Shown here in pieces: positions 1 through 13,635 of a DNA stretch of 64,000 nt. This DNA is from Schmidtea polychroa (taxonomy: Eukaryota), in NCBI GenBank assembly GCA_044892525.1, contig CM097886.1, forward strand, positions 19,282,001 through 19,346,000. The letters are read 5' to 3'. Under the pieces are notes generated by a model. That model was not told the origin of the DNA. It saw only the letters and a list, made by a program, of their open reading frames with translations, and searched no databases. The translations under genes and the position numbers were made by a program. Every line of letters begins with the position of its first letter. Position 1 is the stretch's first letter.

Positions 1-21
1 TGGATAATAAAATCAATTTAC

Positions 22-183
22 CTTTTGATATATTTCCGACTTTCGATGCCATATTTCCTTGAAATAACTGGGCGGTAACTGTTCGAGTTTCTAAATAATA
101 ATAAAATAACTAAATATTAAGATAAAAATCATTTTACCATTTTCTCCAAGAGCTATCGTTGCCATACTATCGTTCTTATTCAT
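22..183 (-). CDS. Probable first two coding exons (183-138, 90-22) of an unknown host gene running off the left edge
   Basis: ATG at 183-181; 47-nt GT..AG intron (137-91); the frame stays open across it: MNKNDSMATIALGEN|ETRTVTAQLFQGNMASKVGNISK; next GT donor at 21-20; CCAAT box at 281-285 upstream. No family recognised. Confidence 0.5.
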
Positions 184-2343
184 TTTATTAAATTGGTTTA
201 AAGTTGTACTTGTAATTGAAAATTGTGACGATAAATGTTAATGCAAATGTTTATAAAGAGAAATAGATTTTGAAGATTATCCAATCAGAATTAGGCAACA
301 TACATGATTTACACACTTAATTGCAACATGCCAGAATTTCACGTTTAGATCGCCTAAAGAATCTAAGAACTAACCGTTTCATAGTGTTGCTTGTGTGTTA
401 CAAAGCTGTTAAACGGATTTAGTTAATAAAGTGTCCAGTTCATATTAGTTAATATTAGTTCATATTCAATTCAAAATAAATAAAAAAAATCATGCAATTA
501 AGGGCTAATTATTGTTATACACGAGTTGGTGAGAGATATTTATTAAGTATGTGTGTAAGTTCCTTGTTAATCATGTATGAATGTTCCTTGTTAATCAAGT
601 ATGTGTGTAAAATAAGTTCATTTTTCTTTGTTAATCATGCAATGCAACGGCTTATGGTTACTTGTCATATAAAATAATGATAAAATACACCCTATCATTC
701 ACTCTCTTTGTTAACCATGCATGGTAACAGTGCACAAAGTTCATTTCCTATTAAAATAATAAATTAAAAATTCAATATATAAACATTTATTATTTATTAC
801 ACATTAACTATGCTAAACAGTAATGTCCACAATAATTAGTCAAGGTATTTTGAAACATTGTTTTATTATATACAATAGGTTTTCTCATTGTCTGTACTGT
901 TGGGGCGCTGCTAGGTCGAATTCAACTTTTAATACTTGCTTCTCAGGAGTCTGATCATGGTGGGCAGGAAATAAATTATTCTCGGCTATGGGGATGTTTA
1001 CGATCTTCTTGGTCACTGTTGCCTGTACACATAATTTATGTAGATCATCCGAATGCTCTTTGATAAGGAGACGCTGTGATCGACTTTCTTCTATTAAACT
1101 ATCCCGGCAATGGTCACTCCGAAATAGTTTCTTTTGTGTTTCTTTCATTTGTGCAGGGATAAACCAAGTACCCTTCAAATCGTCAATCTTTCGTTTCAAA
1201 GCCCCGATTGGGTTTGTAGACCTTTGATAGCCGCGTTTTTATCGGCGAACGAAAAACAGGTTTGGATTGTAGACTTGGGAGCAGAATTGGTGATCATGAC
1301 CTATGAAAATAAGAGACAATAATTCGTGATAAAGATTTTAGAGTTCGAAATAAAATTCTAAGAACGGGACTAATAATTCGGTGACACTTATCCATGGAAT
1401 TCTACAAGTATATTACCAAAAGAGATCTAATCCAGACTTTCTAACAGGTTAGAGCAAATAGACGGAAGTTAACGAGTAGGAAATCCACCCCAGACGATCT
1501 AATTTAGTTTTAGTATATTGACTGAGCCCTGGTTTAGATGTTTTCTTGTTAAAATCAATTATTACCGGTAAGGTCAGAGTTTAGTATTGTTAATTTGGAA
1601 TTGACTATAAAGTGGAAACAAATTCACTTCTTACTAAATTGAAACTAAGTACTTAAACGAGAATGAAATCTGTTATTTACACTAATCACAAACAATGGAA
1701 AATAAATTTTAAATTGTTATTACTTCAGGAGTTACTAAATAAGTTCAGAATTAAATATTATTGTTTTAAACTCAAATATTAAACTGTGGATAATTACAAA
1801 TATTGTTAATTTAAAAAAAAATTTAAAACGAGAATTGAATTAACTATTGTTGGGCTGAAAACCTGAAAGGCCAGAAGTTTTATTTTTAACATATTTTAAA
1901 TAGAAATTCTTTGTATAGTAGTAACTTGGGGAAATCAGTCAAAGTAAACAAAAAAAGAGAATAAGGGAAAGAAAAATAATGAATAGAATAAAATAATAAG
2001 TAAAATCAGTAAAACAAAAAATATAGCAAATAATCGCTAATTAAGCAAAAATATACAACAATAACCAAGAGGAAAAATAAGATAATTAAAGAAACATGAA
2101 ATTAAAACATCAAGAGCAAAATAACAATAATAAAACAAGCAAAAGAAATAATTAATAAAAATGATTTTCAGGAAAATAAACCGAATAAAATATAAAATTA
2201 AAAACAGCATAACCAACAGGATCCAACAAAAAAAAGAGCAGAATAAGAATAACAAAATCATTAAATAAATTACAAAATAAAATAAATAAATAACTGTAAA
2301 AGTATTTAAAAAGAATAAAAATAGAAAAATAGGACTCAAAACT

Positions 2344-2830
2344 CTAACAACCTTGCACATTCATGTAATTCCCTGCTATTCTTCGGATATTCATGATAGA
2401 TAACGCATAGTTTATCAATAAATTATTTAAACCTGTGTATTCCTGATGTTTTAAAAGTACCAGTAATTTACAGACTTCACTCTTTCGTCTTAGCATTACC
2501 GCTGTACCATCCCATGTTACACTCACCAAGTATGAGCTCAATATTTTTTTCATTATTCCATATGATTGTAAACATTCTAGTAAACTTGAATATTCCATTT
2601 GCGCTAGTGCTCTGGAGTTCTATCAAATCTAAATAATGATTAACGAGAGAACTCATTCCATGGTTAACAACGCACACTCGAATGTAAATTATTAGTGTTG
2701 ATTTTTTGCTTAGAATTGTAGACTCGTCGATAATTATTGATATTTTACTCATTGAACTAATTATTTTGGCCGCTAAAGATTTTCTCATTTCGGAGCTAAT
2801 ATGCGGAATGCAAAATTCTACCCGTATTTA
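2344..2830 (-). pseudogene. Decayed hAT transposase fragment (DUF4371/ZNF862-like region)
   Basis: Frameshifted ORFs give ISIIIDESTILSKKSTLIIYIR...LDLIELQSTSANGIF and LVSVTWDGTAVMLRRKSEVCKLL, matching the first catalytic-D region and the DGA(A/S)VM motif of hAT transposases. Confidence 0.7.
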
Positions 2831-3229
2831 TAACGTAGAGTTCTTGTAAATCTATTTCCGTTTCAAAATTATGAAAAGATTGATTTTCTTTTGCAATGTT
2901 GTATGCAGTTCGAAAAAGAATATTTCATTATCAAGAACCAGGTTTTTGTATAGAATATTTAGAAGAGTTCCACAACTAACTTGCACGATGCTTTGTGACC
3001 GAGATTTATTCTCAAGATTTATGAATTCGATACTGTCGCTTTTCTCAAATTCCTCAATTCTATCCTCATTCTTTTTCATTAATTTAGGTGTTGCCTCATT
3101 TGTTGTTTCTAGATATTGACAATTTATTCAGGTTAATTATCTTGATTTCATAAGACGAGATGTTAATCAAAATATCCGCTCCTATGTATTCTATTAAGTG
3201 TTTGTTTCAGTTGATTTCCTTAACCATAT

Positions 3230-3880
3230 AATTGTTAAAAGTGTTACTGCCATCATCAATGTTTTTTTGTGATCGTAGTCCATATTTATGAGGTATTATC
3301 CATATCGGATTTTTATAACTATGACACTTGACATTGTGTTGTTTATTCTTACCTTTCTTTTCCATTTAACCATTTCTTTAAAGAATGGTGATGCACTAAT
3401 TTTACTAATTCTAACATGATCATCTAATTTATATTTCGATTTTTTATTTTTTTCAACTTTAGAAAGCAATGATTTAACTAAACTTTAAGATAAAATGTCC
3501 ATAGGTCGTATGGTCCTTTATGTTTAATGTCCACCGGTATCAATCCATTTAGACCTCGGTGTGATGAAAAATTATACATATTTATAATTTTGGGCAAAAC
3601 ATATCCATATTTTATTACCTTTTTAATACAAAATATTTCTTCAACCTAACTCTCAATGTCCGGTTAAATCTCTCAACATGGGAGGCTTTGTATTGAGAAT
3701 GTAGCGAGTAATGATTTATTTCAACACGATCCATGATTTCCTTAACTTTACTATTGAAAAATTCCTTACCTATTACAATAATAATAATAATAATCGTTAA
3801 AAATATTTATACCCCTTGTTAATTTCGAATACGGTAAAATCTGTAATGATAACTACTTCTGGGTTTCTTTTTTTCGATTT
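3230..3880 (-). pseudogene. Maverick/Polinton-type retroviral-like integrase remnant
   Basis: Manual minus-strand translation gives EINKGYKYF, GKEFFNSKVKEIMDRVEINHYSLHSQYKASHVERFNRTLRVRLKKYF, LPKIINMYNFSSHRGL and KYKLDDHVRISK. These are typical c-integrase blocks, broken by stops and frameshifts. Confidence 0.7.
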
Positions 3881-5408
3881 CTGAACTCTTCTTTAATTTT
3901 ACCACTCCACCGAAAGACTCTTTGTCAAATTCTTCTCCATTACAACAATAAAGTTTTTATTTTTGTTTTAACATTGGGTAATAAATGGTTAGCACCCATG
4001 GTTTATGATCGGCTTCCTATTGCTCCACCTAATAATGATAATACTAATGGTATCGATGTACCAATAAATCCACTTTGTTTTTTATATATAATTTCCTGTA
4101 AGGTATAAAAACTTGTTACCATCTTATGTACGTTATAATTCACAATGACCAAGAAAAATTCAAACTGTGAAAAACTAACAATTTGTGCAACTTCTCCAGA
4201 TGTTTTACAACTACAAAATGTATTTTTTGAAAGAAAAAATCAATATATGAAATTGGTATACCCTATCAAACTTCACCAAACTCTGTTTATTCATTTATCA
4301 ATAAATCTTAAACTTCATTATATTTATTTGAAATAAAATAATAAAGAAATTTAAACATTTATTAAAATTTATGATAAAGATTATTACAAATATACAAAAA
4401 TAATAATCCAGAGGACTGTTTGAAAATGTTTTTATATATCTGAATTCTAATCATTGCCACCGGAGTAGTCCATCTATCCATAGAACAATTTTCGAATAAA
4501 CAATCTAATTAAGAGTAATAATAAATTTAAAACAAAAAATAATATCTTACAGATCATTTGAAATAATTTATATAGTCTGAACTGGATTTCATGATAATAT
4601 TTTACTTATACAAACCCGATGATTATTCGAGTTCATTTAATTCGATTATTGAACAATAGATCAAATATTGATCTGAAGGATTTTTTTCTTTTGGTTCAAT
4701 GTTTCCAAATTTAAAAATAATTGATATTCCAAGGGTGTGGTTTCTATTATCTTCTCTGTACGATTGACCTAGTATTGAAGGCTTTTGATGATTTCATTGT
4801 TTTGGTTATTACTGATCAGCTCGTTTAATAAATTAATGTAAAATCTTGTTTGCGATATTTTTATGATCAAGTTATGTATTGTTGGATTATTTATAACAAT
4901 GCATAATTAACAATTACATGATAAATAAAATTTGTTGATTTAGAGTATACCTGTGCACACGGTTATATAAATTTGTAATCGCCCAAAAGAGTTGATCGCC
5001 CAAAATAACCTTTCAAAATGACCCTTGCGATACCCTTGCAATACCTTGGATCATCACAAGAAACATTTTGGTAATCTGATGAAAACCCTTCGAAATGAGT
5101 TATAGATCGCCGAAATACCATCTCAAGAACTCTCAATAATCAATTTTGAGTTATCAAGCCCCTAATTTAAAAGTCGATTTGACCTCTATAATTTTTATCA
5201 AAATGTTAGATTCTTAATAGTTAATTAAATTTCCCTTATTTATTGCTCATTACACACATCCATGTGTACAGTCAGTTTTTCTACCTCAAAAGTATGTATG
5301 ACTTGTATATATTTTATATAAAAACTATATAGTATTTATTTGGTCTGATCCAGTGGTGGCCAATCCATCTATTCGCGCGAATTGTGGTGTCGGCGTTAAA
5401 AAAGTTAA

Positions 5409-5630
5409 TTACAAATAAAATATTAGACGATTGCTTTTGAATGCATTTAAAGTAGCACGTTGATATAACAAATTAGTTATAATAAAGGTAAGACATGTAC
5501 CGTGATTTTGTATTAAAAGCGTGGGGCTTGTATTTACATTTGTATTTTTTGCGATTGCTGAAATTGATTTCTTTTCAATTTCTCTTAAAATGCTTCTTTT
5601 ATATTCCATAGAATAACTTTCTATTTTCAT
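5409..5630 (-). pseudogene. Possible N-terminal HTH fragment of a pogo-like transposase
   Basis: SYSMEYKRSILREIEKKSISAIAKNTNV resembles the psq/Brinker-type HTH start; no further domains; next to an assembly gap. Confidence 0.3.
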
Positions 5631-5756
5631 TGGAGTTCATGAAATATATATTTTAAAGCTAATTTTTTTTATTGATTTTAATTATAATTTTAACAAAAAA
5701 TATTATAGGGTTTCAAATCTTTCTAAAATTTTGCAAAAATGTGTTCTATGATAAAA

Positions 5757-5976
5757 NNNNNNNNNNNNNNNNNNNNNNNNNNNNNNNNNNNNNNNNNNNN
5801 NNNNNNNNNNNNNNNNNNNNNNNNNNNNNNNNNNNNNNNNNNNNNNNNNNNNNNNNNNNNNNNNNNNNNNNNNNNNNNNNNNNNNNNNNNNNNNNNNNNN
5901 NNNNNNNNNNNNNNNNNNNNNNNNNNNNNNNNNNNNNNNNNNNNNNNNNNNNNNNNNNNNNNNNNNNNNNNNNNNN
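5757..5976. other. Assembly gap (220 N)
   Basis: Run of N. Confidence 1.
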
Positions 5977-7317
5977 GTTACAGTAAAATTATAACATTGT
6001 TAGGTTCGTTTGTGGAATAACTCCTTTCACAGATTAAACTTTATAATTTATCTGACTCCAAAGATAATCTCGAGGAATATAGAGCGTGAAGATATAACAT
6101 ATATTTATTACTGCGACTGAATGAATAAGACTAAAAGTGATTAATGTTATCTTAATAAACACAATAGTAAAATAAAAGCAACTTTATATAATACCAAAAA
6201 AATTCTCGTGACTTTCTAGCAGAAAGATAATCGGTTGTGTCAACCGTCATCAGGAGCTTGAAGCCCCAAAACCTGGGAGTCTGGTTTACAACAGCTCTGG
6301 TCAACGTTGAGTGGAAACAACCTTTTAAAAACGCGAGCGAAATAAAATGTATCTAAGGTTTATTTATATCAAAATTATTTTTAGATTTCCAATTTTTTTA
6401 AAATTGTTTATAAAAATTACCATTAACAATTTTATATTATTTATTGTTATAATTATCTTTTCGTACGCATAATTAATGTTAATGATAAATTATATAATAA
6501 TTCAAGATAAAATTACAAAAATACATTTTATAACAAAATATGAATATAGTAACTGAAATTTCAATAACTTTTATAATATTTAATGGTTTTTTTTTCCATT
6601 GGAACTATATTTATTGAAACAATGTCAAGATTATTTTTTCGCTTTACGACAGAGATACGGAATCATTATATAATTCATTTTTAAGAAAAAAATTGTTTAC
6701 ATCTTTATGTGCTTTGATATAATGACATAATTTTCTATACGTTATTTAGCACTCATGTATTCCTGTTGGTTCAAAATGTTATAAGATTTGTATTGAGATA
6801 ATTCCAGAAATTTAACAGAAAATCAACATTTTCATTTAATATTTAAAATAGTAAAAATAAAAAAGGAAATCAAAAGAAATTTCCATAAAAATCATTTAAA
6901 ATAAAGCAAATAGAATGAAATTAATAAAAACATTGAACAACCCATCAAATACATCGTGATCGCCAAACGACTCAATAAAATTCGCCAAAATAAATATTTA
7001 ATCTTAAAATAGCAAAAATTATAAAAAGAATTAATAAACAAATAAATAAAATTTAGAATTTCAGGCTAAATAGTATAGAATGTTCTGGAAGTGACCATAT
7101 CCATCATAGTGGCAAATTTAATAACCAATAAATCAAAAATTATATTTAGAAAATAAAAATAACGCTAATTAAAATAAATATTTGGATATGACTTTTAAAA
7201 TAAATGTTACAAAACTTAATTTAATAATAAATAATAAACTTACTAATTCAGGTTTTCAAAAGAATTCATATCTAAAAGATAAAAGCATTTATTTTGATGT
7301 AAAATACTAGTTTATAG

Positions 7318-9998
7318 CAGGGCTGTGGAGTCGTATCAAAATGGACCAACCCCGACTCCGACTCCGACCTAGGTCTAACATGTATAAGATCTTTTTTTTT
7401 ATTTAATACTATTAAATTTAGGTTTTTAAAAAATGAGCAAAAAATAAGTTAAATACAAAACAAATCTTTTTTAAAATATTATATTGTTTTATTCTTTGAT
7501 CATAATTTTTTAATTTTTAAAATATATTTCTTAAAAATAAAATTGCTTCAATCAAATCTTCTTTAAGCGATGCACGCAGGTCTGACTTAATTATTTTCAG
7601 AGCAGAGAACAATCTTTCGACACTGACTTGCATTGGCGGTAAAGCGGTTACAATTCTAGCTACATTTTGAATAATTTTTGGGTACACATCGATAGCTTCT
7701 TGGACGTTAAATTTCGATGATCGATCATATTTTTCAACTTCCTCCAAAGCGGTAAAAAACTCATTTTTAAACTTCTGCTCTTCTGTATCTGGTTCCTTTT
7801 CATTATATCGCTTTCGTTTTATAAGATCCAATTGATTTAAATATTTTTCAAAATCCACATCTTCATTTGAACTGGAAGAAACTGATTCCTGACTGGAGGT
7901 GATGTTAAAATGCTCGATCTGTGTTTCACGATTTAGTGCCGGAAAACATTTGATGCGAACGGTGATTTGATAGAGCGTTTCTTTGGCTTTTGCAATATGA
8001 AGGTCATTTAGTAATATTCGGCTCATTGGATCAATATAAATAGCGGCTAATAAAATTTCATTTTGCAAAAGCAGTAGTTCCCTTTTATTCATGGAAGATA
8101 TAATAGCACTGGAAATCGGTTTATCAGTGCGGGACAACTGATAAATTAAGTTTTTCCACTCAAAAAAGAAGGTCCCAGGAGTTATATCTTCAGTTTGTAA
8201 TTTTTTCGTCAGAATATATGGACGTAATAAAATATTTTCTAATCTTGCGGCTTGTTCCCGTTCGGTTTCATTTAGACAAAGATTTGAATTATCCATATCT
8301 GCAAAAATCCTTTTAATTCAAGCAAACGCTTTAAGTGCTTCCCCAACGTGTAGCTTGATCTAAAATCGCACCTTTCCCAGCGCGCCTCTTTAAGATAGCA
8401 TCTATTTTAGGATTTCTCGCTGTGACAGCCATTTGTCTCAACTTCATAGTAATATCTGCTGCATCATGGTTTTTTAAGCCATCTCGTATTGCTAATTGCA
8501 ATGTATGCACAGCGCATCTCATATGTTGAATATAAAATGATTTGGATACTTCTTCACAGAGATCATCCAAGTCTTCATTATTTTGCTCTACTGAGAGTTC
8601 AGTTACATCAAAATTGTCCTCCGTAACCGACACCTCTTCATTTTCCTGATTTAATTTCTCCATAACACTTAGCATATTTGAAGCGTTATCCGTTACTATG
8701 CATAAAATCTGCTCTTTTTTAATTTTAAAGTCCTTTAGAATTTCTTCCAATATATTTTTTAGGTATTCACTTGTGTGATGAGCTTGAGTATCTTTCACTG
8801 CCAAGGTCTGAGTTATAGTTTCTTTGTTATTATTAAAGCGGACATTAATTGCAATATAGTTTACTCTATGCCGAGTACATCCATCCATTTTAATAAAAAC
8901 AAAATTGCCTTCTAATTTTTTTATAAGATAACTTCTTTGTTTTTCAGCCTCATCTAATATTATTTTTCTAATACTTTCTCTTCCTAAAGAAACTTTAAGT
9001 TTACTAGCCATTTCACCATTTAATTCTAAAAATGCTGGCTGTGAAAAAAATGATATCGATATACTGTTTTGAACCACCATTTTTATTAAGGCAGTTTTGA
9101 AGCCTTCTGCTGTCATTGTCACAGTAATTTTATCGCTAATGTAGAATTTGGATAATCTGGGTTCCGATAAGTTTGATGCGGAGGACGATGGTGTAGCGGT
9201 CTTCGGTTTAGTATTTGCCTTATCTACTTCTAGTACTTTCGGATGATAACGCTGCAAATGTCGTTTTAAATTTGATATTCTGCCAGTTGCTAATTGTACT
9301 TTGCACATTTGTTCTTCATCACCTTCTATATGATGACATAGGCATTCATAGAATTTCCCATCTGATGTAATTGAAAAATGCTTAAGTAATGCCGATTTTA
9401 ATTTTTTATCCATGCTGAGGCCTTTGAAAATACTAAATTTTTAACTGCAAATATTAAAAACAATACTATTAAACTCGAAACTTATTAAAGTAATTGCAAA
9501 TAAATAATTTAAACACAACATACGTTTTTAATGCACACAAAAAAAACTTTATTTAACTTCCCTACAACAAAAAATTTCACGATGTAGTTTGGTATTTATT
9601 AATAATTTCAGTTGTTGTCTAGTTTATTTTAAAAATTTTACTAATGCTCTTTAATTAAGATCAGCATGTATTTATACCAAAATTAAACTAGGATAATAAT
9701 AAATTTATATGGGTTTTAGAATTATTTGTAATTTTCTTATATTTACCTGTCTGACAACCGTTTTTTAAAAATATTCTTAGAGATTCTTAGAAAAGCAAAA
9801 GGTAAAAATTGTTTATTAAATAATTCTGAAAAAGATAATTTAATTGCTATACAAAATCATAAAAATGTTGAAAATTCCTCTTAAAATTTTAAATTTTACT
9901 CGGAGTCGGAGTCGCTTCTGTTAACTCGACTCCGACTCCCAAAAATGCACGACTACGCGACTCCGGACTCCGACTCCAGCTCCGACTCCACAGCACTG
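7318..9998 (-). mobile_element. Full-length hAT DNA transposon (hAT-A)
   Basis: TIRs CAGGGCTGTGGAGTCG / CGACTCCACAGCACTG (1 mismatch in 16); perfect 8-bp TSD GTTTATAG (7310-7317, 9999-10006); clustered CCGACT subterminal repeats at both ends. Confidence 0.95.
7517..9413 (-). pseudogene. hAT transposase of hAT-A, disrupted near 8300-8335
   Basis: BED-like C/H finger, MDGCT, VTDNASNM, CAVHTLQL, TRWGS and SVERLFS motifs. Split into 360-aa and 259-aa ORFs by a small deletion/frameshift right after RWGST. Confidence 0.9.
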
Positions 9999-10054
9999 GT
10001 TTATAGTAATAATTATAGTTATCTTTTAGTTTCACCTTTAACCTTTTTTTAATT

Positions 10055-10194
10055 CAATAATTTTCATATTAATGTTTGTAAAACTATTGATCAAAACAAC
10101 TTAAAATATACACTCGATAAAGGCTGTGCTAAAATAATGCGCGCGCCTTATATATTTTGATCTAGCCTTACAAAAATTAATATGAAAATTATTG
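10055..10194. mobile_element. Small foldback/MITE-like element, copy 1
   Basis: 27-bp inverted arms (10055-10081 vs 10168-10194, 1 mismatch); core related to 60998-61118 in the opposite orientation. Confidence 0.6.
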
Positions 10195-10984
10195 TTTATA
10201 ATGATGATTATTAATATTTACAACACGTTTCTTCTGAATATTCAAATAAATATATTATTGAATAATAATATTATATATCCTTTGTAAACCAAGGAATCTT
10301 TTTCGGTTTAATGTTTCGGTTTGCACGAACTGACTTCTTTGAATCATTTGGTAAATTCTGTAATATTTTATCATTTTCTGAATTTTTACTTAGCTTTACT
10401 AAGAATACTTATTTCTGCATCATTTAACACGTTGCGACAAATTACTGTTATAAGTGTCATACATGAATCCTTAATTAAAAAAGAATTTCCTTATTAGACA
10501 TGAAACAAATGCAATTACTTGTCAATCTATGGCAATAGTAGATAATAATGTGCACACTGGCGCATATTTTGGTACCTCATTACTACTTACTAAATAATAG
10601 TAATCGATGAATTTTAAATTGTTTATTTATTTATTTAATTCTTACTTAATTTTTAATTACTTTTAATTTATATTTTCATCTAAATTAATTTTATTTATAT
10701 AAATTATTTTATTTTCCAATTTCTTTATAATAAATAATATTACTTATTATTTTATGTATTTTATATTTATAATATTCATAACATTTACATAATGGCTTGT
10801 CAATTTATATACCATAATTATTATTTAAAATTATAACAATAATAATAACAAAGACAAATGTCTCAGCATACATTTATTAAAACAATATGACATAAACAAT
10901 GAAAAACATAATGATGTCAATGATTTTATAAACAGTTTGATGATTATTCTGAAGATTTCCGACTGCTCGATATCATATAATGAC

Positions 10985-11980
10985 CATGTCATTCTTTCCA
11001 ACTAAACACCTTCTATTATCATTATTTGTAAGCGTGACTTTAGTAGTTAGAAAACTAGACAATCGTAGTGGCTGGTACCTATTCTAAATTGTGACACCCT
11101 AGGTACTTGTAATCCATTGTAACATTCCAGATAACACTGTTTGTATCTTTCAATGTTACACCTTTCGGTTTTGTCGTATTCGTATTACCTAGTAAATTAT
11201 AAGATTTTGGTTACAGAAATATCCACTTTTTATAACCAATACCCTTACTTTCAACTTTAAATTTTTCGATGACGGAGTCTAATGTTTTGCTGTACAAGGA
11301 GTGAGTTAAATCATTGTTAGATGTATCCAAAAGATCATCATTGATCAATGCAGGTAAGAGTCAAGTTTACAATTTATAATTTCTTATAAGAAATCCATGT
11401 CACCTGCATCAATTTTGATACTGAAATTGAATTGATTTCGATATTTAGCTAATTTCACACAATGAACCTAATACATCTGCAGTCTAGATTAATTATTAGA
11501 TTAATTATCCAGTATGGTTGCAATTAAATCATTCACAATTTTTAGACATTTTAAGAAAGTTGACTTTGAATCATATGTAATCTTTTTCTCTTGGTTATTA
11601 CACAATCTTAAGTTCACCTATTTCTTTAAAATTTCTACAGCTTTTCTGTAAAGGCTATTTTTGAGCAGCTTGTAATAATTTTTATCCAAACTATTTGTTG
11701 ATTCAGCTTTGAGTTTGGTGTTAGTATCGATATACTTTTTGAAAATATGATCTTGCTTCCATCTACTAGCCCGATGAATATTGATAACTTACGCCCCTAA
11801 CGATAGATATCTTTTCAGTAATCGCCAGTGCACTACATAATTCTGCTTTGGATAATGTGTCAACAATAATTTCCTTATTTGTGGACACACTTTTCTAGAG
11901 CTATTGGAAAATCATCCAATAAATCATGAAGTCTATTCGGTATTTCCGAATCAACTTCTACAGTGCATCCATACAAAAGC
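10985..11980 (-). pseudogene. Maverick/Polinton protein-primed DNA polymerase B remnant (C-terminal half)
   Basis: Collinear blocks YGCTVEVDSEIPNRLHDLLDDFPIALEK, KNYYKLLKNSLYRKAVEILKK*VNLRL, LYSKTLDSVIEKFKVE...L*PKSY, KPKGV, KVTLTNNDNRR and HGHY follow the pPolB order EVDLEYP..LHD...PLAPE / KLMNNSVYGK / KFKDE...LRPKMY / KAKGV / DDKR / GHY. Confidence 0.8.
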
Positions 11981-13252
11981 GATTCTAATTCCTAATTCTT
12001 GCCATCTTCCAAAATACTGTCAAGGTTGTCACGAATCAAACTGAAATAATTAATTGAATTAGAATTTGTTTAAATTAATTATTCTCTATTATTTACAATT
12101 TTTTATAAAATTTCATATATATACTAAAATTTATTCATTTAACGAAAATTTAACAATATAAAAATACTTATATCGGTCATTTATCATCACAGTTGATATA
12201 TTTGAAAGATAATAAAATGTTTCAGCGTCATCATTAATTGATTCATTGGTATACAATCTTCATCAGCTGTATCGACAAAACCGCCGCACCCAGACAAAAG
12301 TTTAAATAGTTATATTATAGAAAATTAAAAATAGGTTTTCAACTAAAAATGTAATATAAAAACTACAATATACAAAAAAATGTAAGTAAAATAATACAGA
12401 CAAAAATATATACAATTTAAATTTCCATATTACGTGACACCCTTCTTAAATATTCTATTTTACTTATATTATCACTATCATATAAAGGCATTAAAACTCG
12501 TAGCCTCATTTAACTTAACGTATTTACACTTTGAAGCACTAGGTTGCCTGAAGCCTTCATCATACCTTCACATGATGCTAAATGGGGAGTTTATTGACGA
12601 ATATAAATGATTATTATTATAATAGCATGAAACTGAAATTATAGCATTAAAAATTGTTCTTTAAAGTATTTTATAACGATTTATTATGTTTATATTACTT
12701 TTCAAACAAATAAATTAAAATCGAATTAATCAGCATTCCTACAAACTGTATAAAACATTTTTTTAAAATTAATTTTAGTTTCCGGCGGTATTGTCGCAAC
12801 AGCATTGTCGGCGTTTAACAGTGGTGGTAAAGTCGGGGCGCCCTTCATCATTATTCGTTCCATAAGTTGCTCCATCAACAGAATTCTCCACATCCATATT
12901 TAAGTAACCTAAATTAATAATAATTATTACTCTAAATAAAATAAATATTAACATTTCTATATATATTTTTTTCAATACTCAATCTTCCAATTAAATTGAG
13001 AACATTCAAATTACCTTCAAGTAATAATTAAACACATATAATTTAAATTTTAATTTGACTGGTCTTCTAGCCTGTCCTAGAACATTCAAAAGATGTCTTC
13101 AGATTGAGTTCATTTTAAAAGTTGGGTTGTTGACGTTAACAATATTAAAATGAAAGCCTTTTGCTTATATAAGTGATTACAAACACCAATCAATTAAAAT
13201 TGAGTAAGCCTTAGGAAAAAATATTTAGAATCAAACAAATACACATGTATTA

Positions 13253-13468
13253 CCGTATTTTAGCGCATATAACGCGCACGGTATCTGATTACAATAAACA
13301 ATAAAACCGATGGTAGGGTTACTGTCACATCATAAAAATATTTCCACTGGCAATGCCGCCACGTGTAAAATATAAATCATAAAGCGCGCACCCACAGATA
13401 CCGCGCATGGGGGGTGCATGGTTTGTAAAAATGCGTATAACGTGCGCGTTATATGCGCTAAAATACGG
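13253..13468. mobile_element. pogo/Tigger-type MITE (216 bp)
   Basis: Perfect 28-bp TIRs CCGTATTTTAGCGCATATAACGCGCACG, flanked by TA on both sides; no coding capacity. Confidence 0.9.
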
Positions 13469-13635
13469 TAGTATATTAGTCACATACATACATGTTTTAT
13501 TGCTTATACAGGTCATGGCCCCACAACAACCAATCAAAATCATGTATTGATAGTGCACTTATAGTTTATATATGAATAATAACACTAAATTTATTAACTC
13601 AATAACCCTTCTATTACTTTATTTTAAACTATATA

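Noticed and set aside
885-1199. 104-aa minus-strand ORF as a gene
   Set aside because: TTG start, in-frame stop just upstream, no recognisable motif, and no consistent splice link found.
2037-2360. Hydrophobic 'membrane protein' ORFs (also 17669-17984, 41581-41802, 45916-46128, 53759-53989)
   Set aside because: Artefacts of T-rich or microsatellite strands.
5351-5363. CAGTGGTGGCCAA and GTTGGGAATCACTG (near 26878-26891) as hAT element ends
   Set aside because: No partner TIR or TSD found; orphan termini at most.
5672-6020. ORFs spanning N runs (also 33613-33837)
   Set aside because: Open only because of assembly gaps.
11095-11150. YKYLG motif as a LINE/Penelope RT
   Set aside because: It lies within the collinear Maverick PolB remnant; no other RT motifs nearby.
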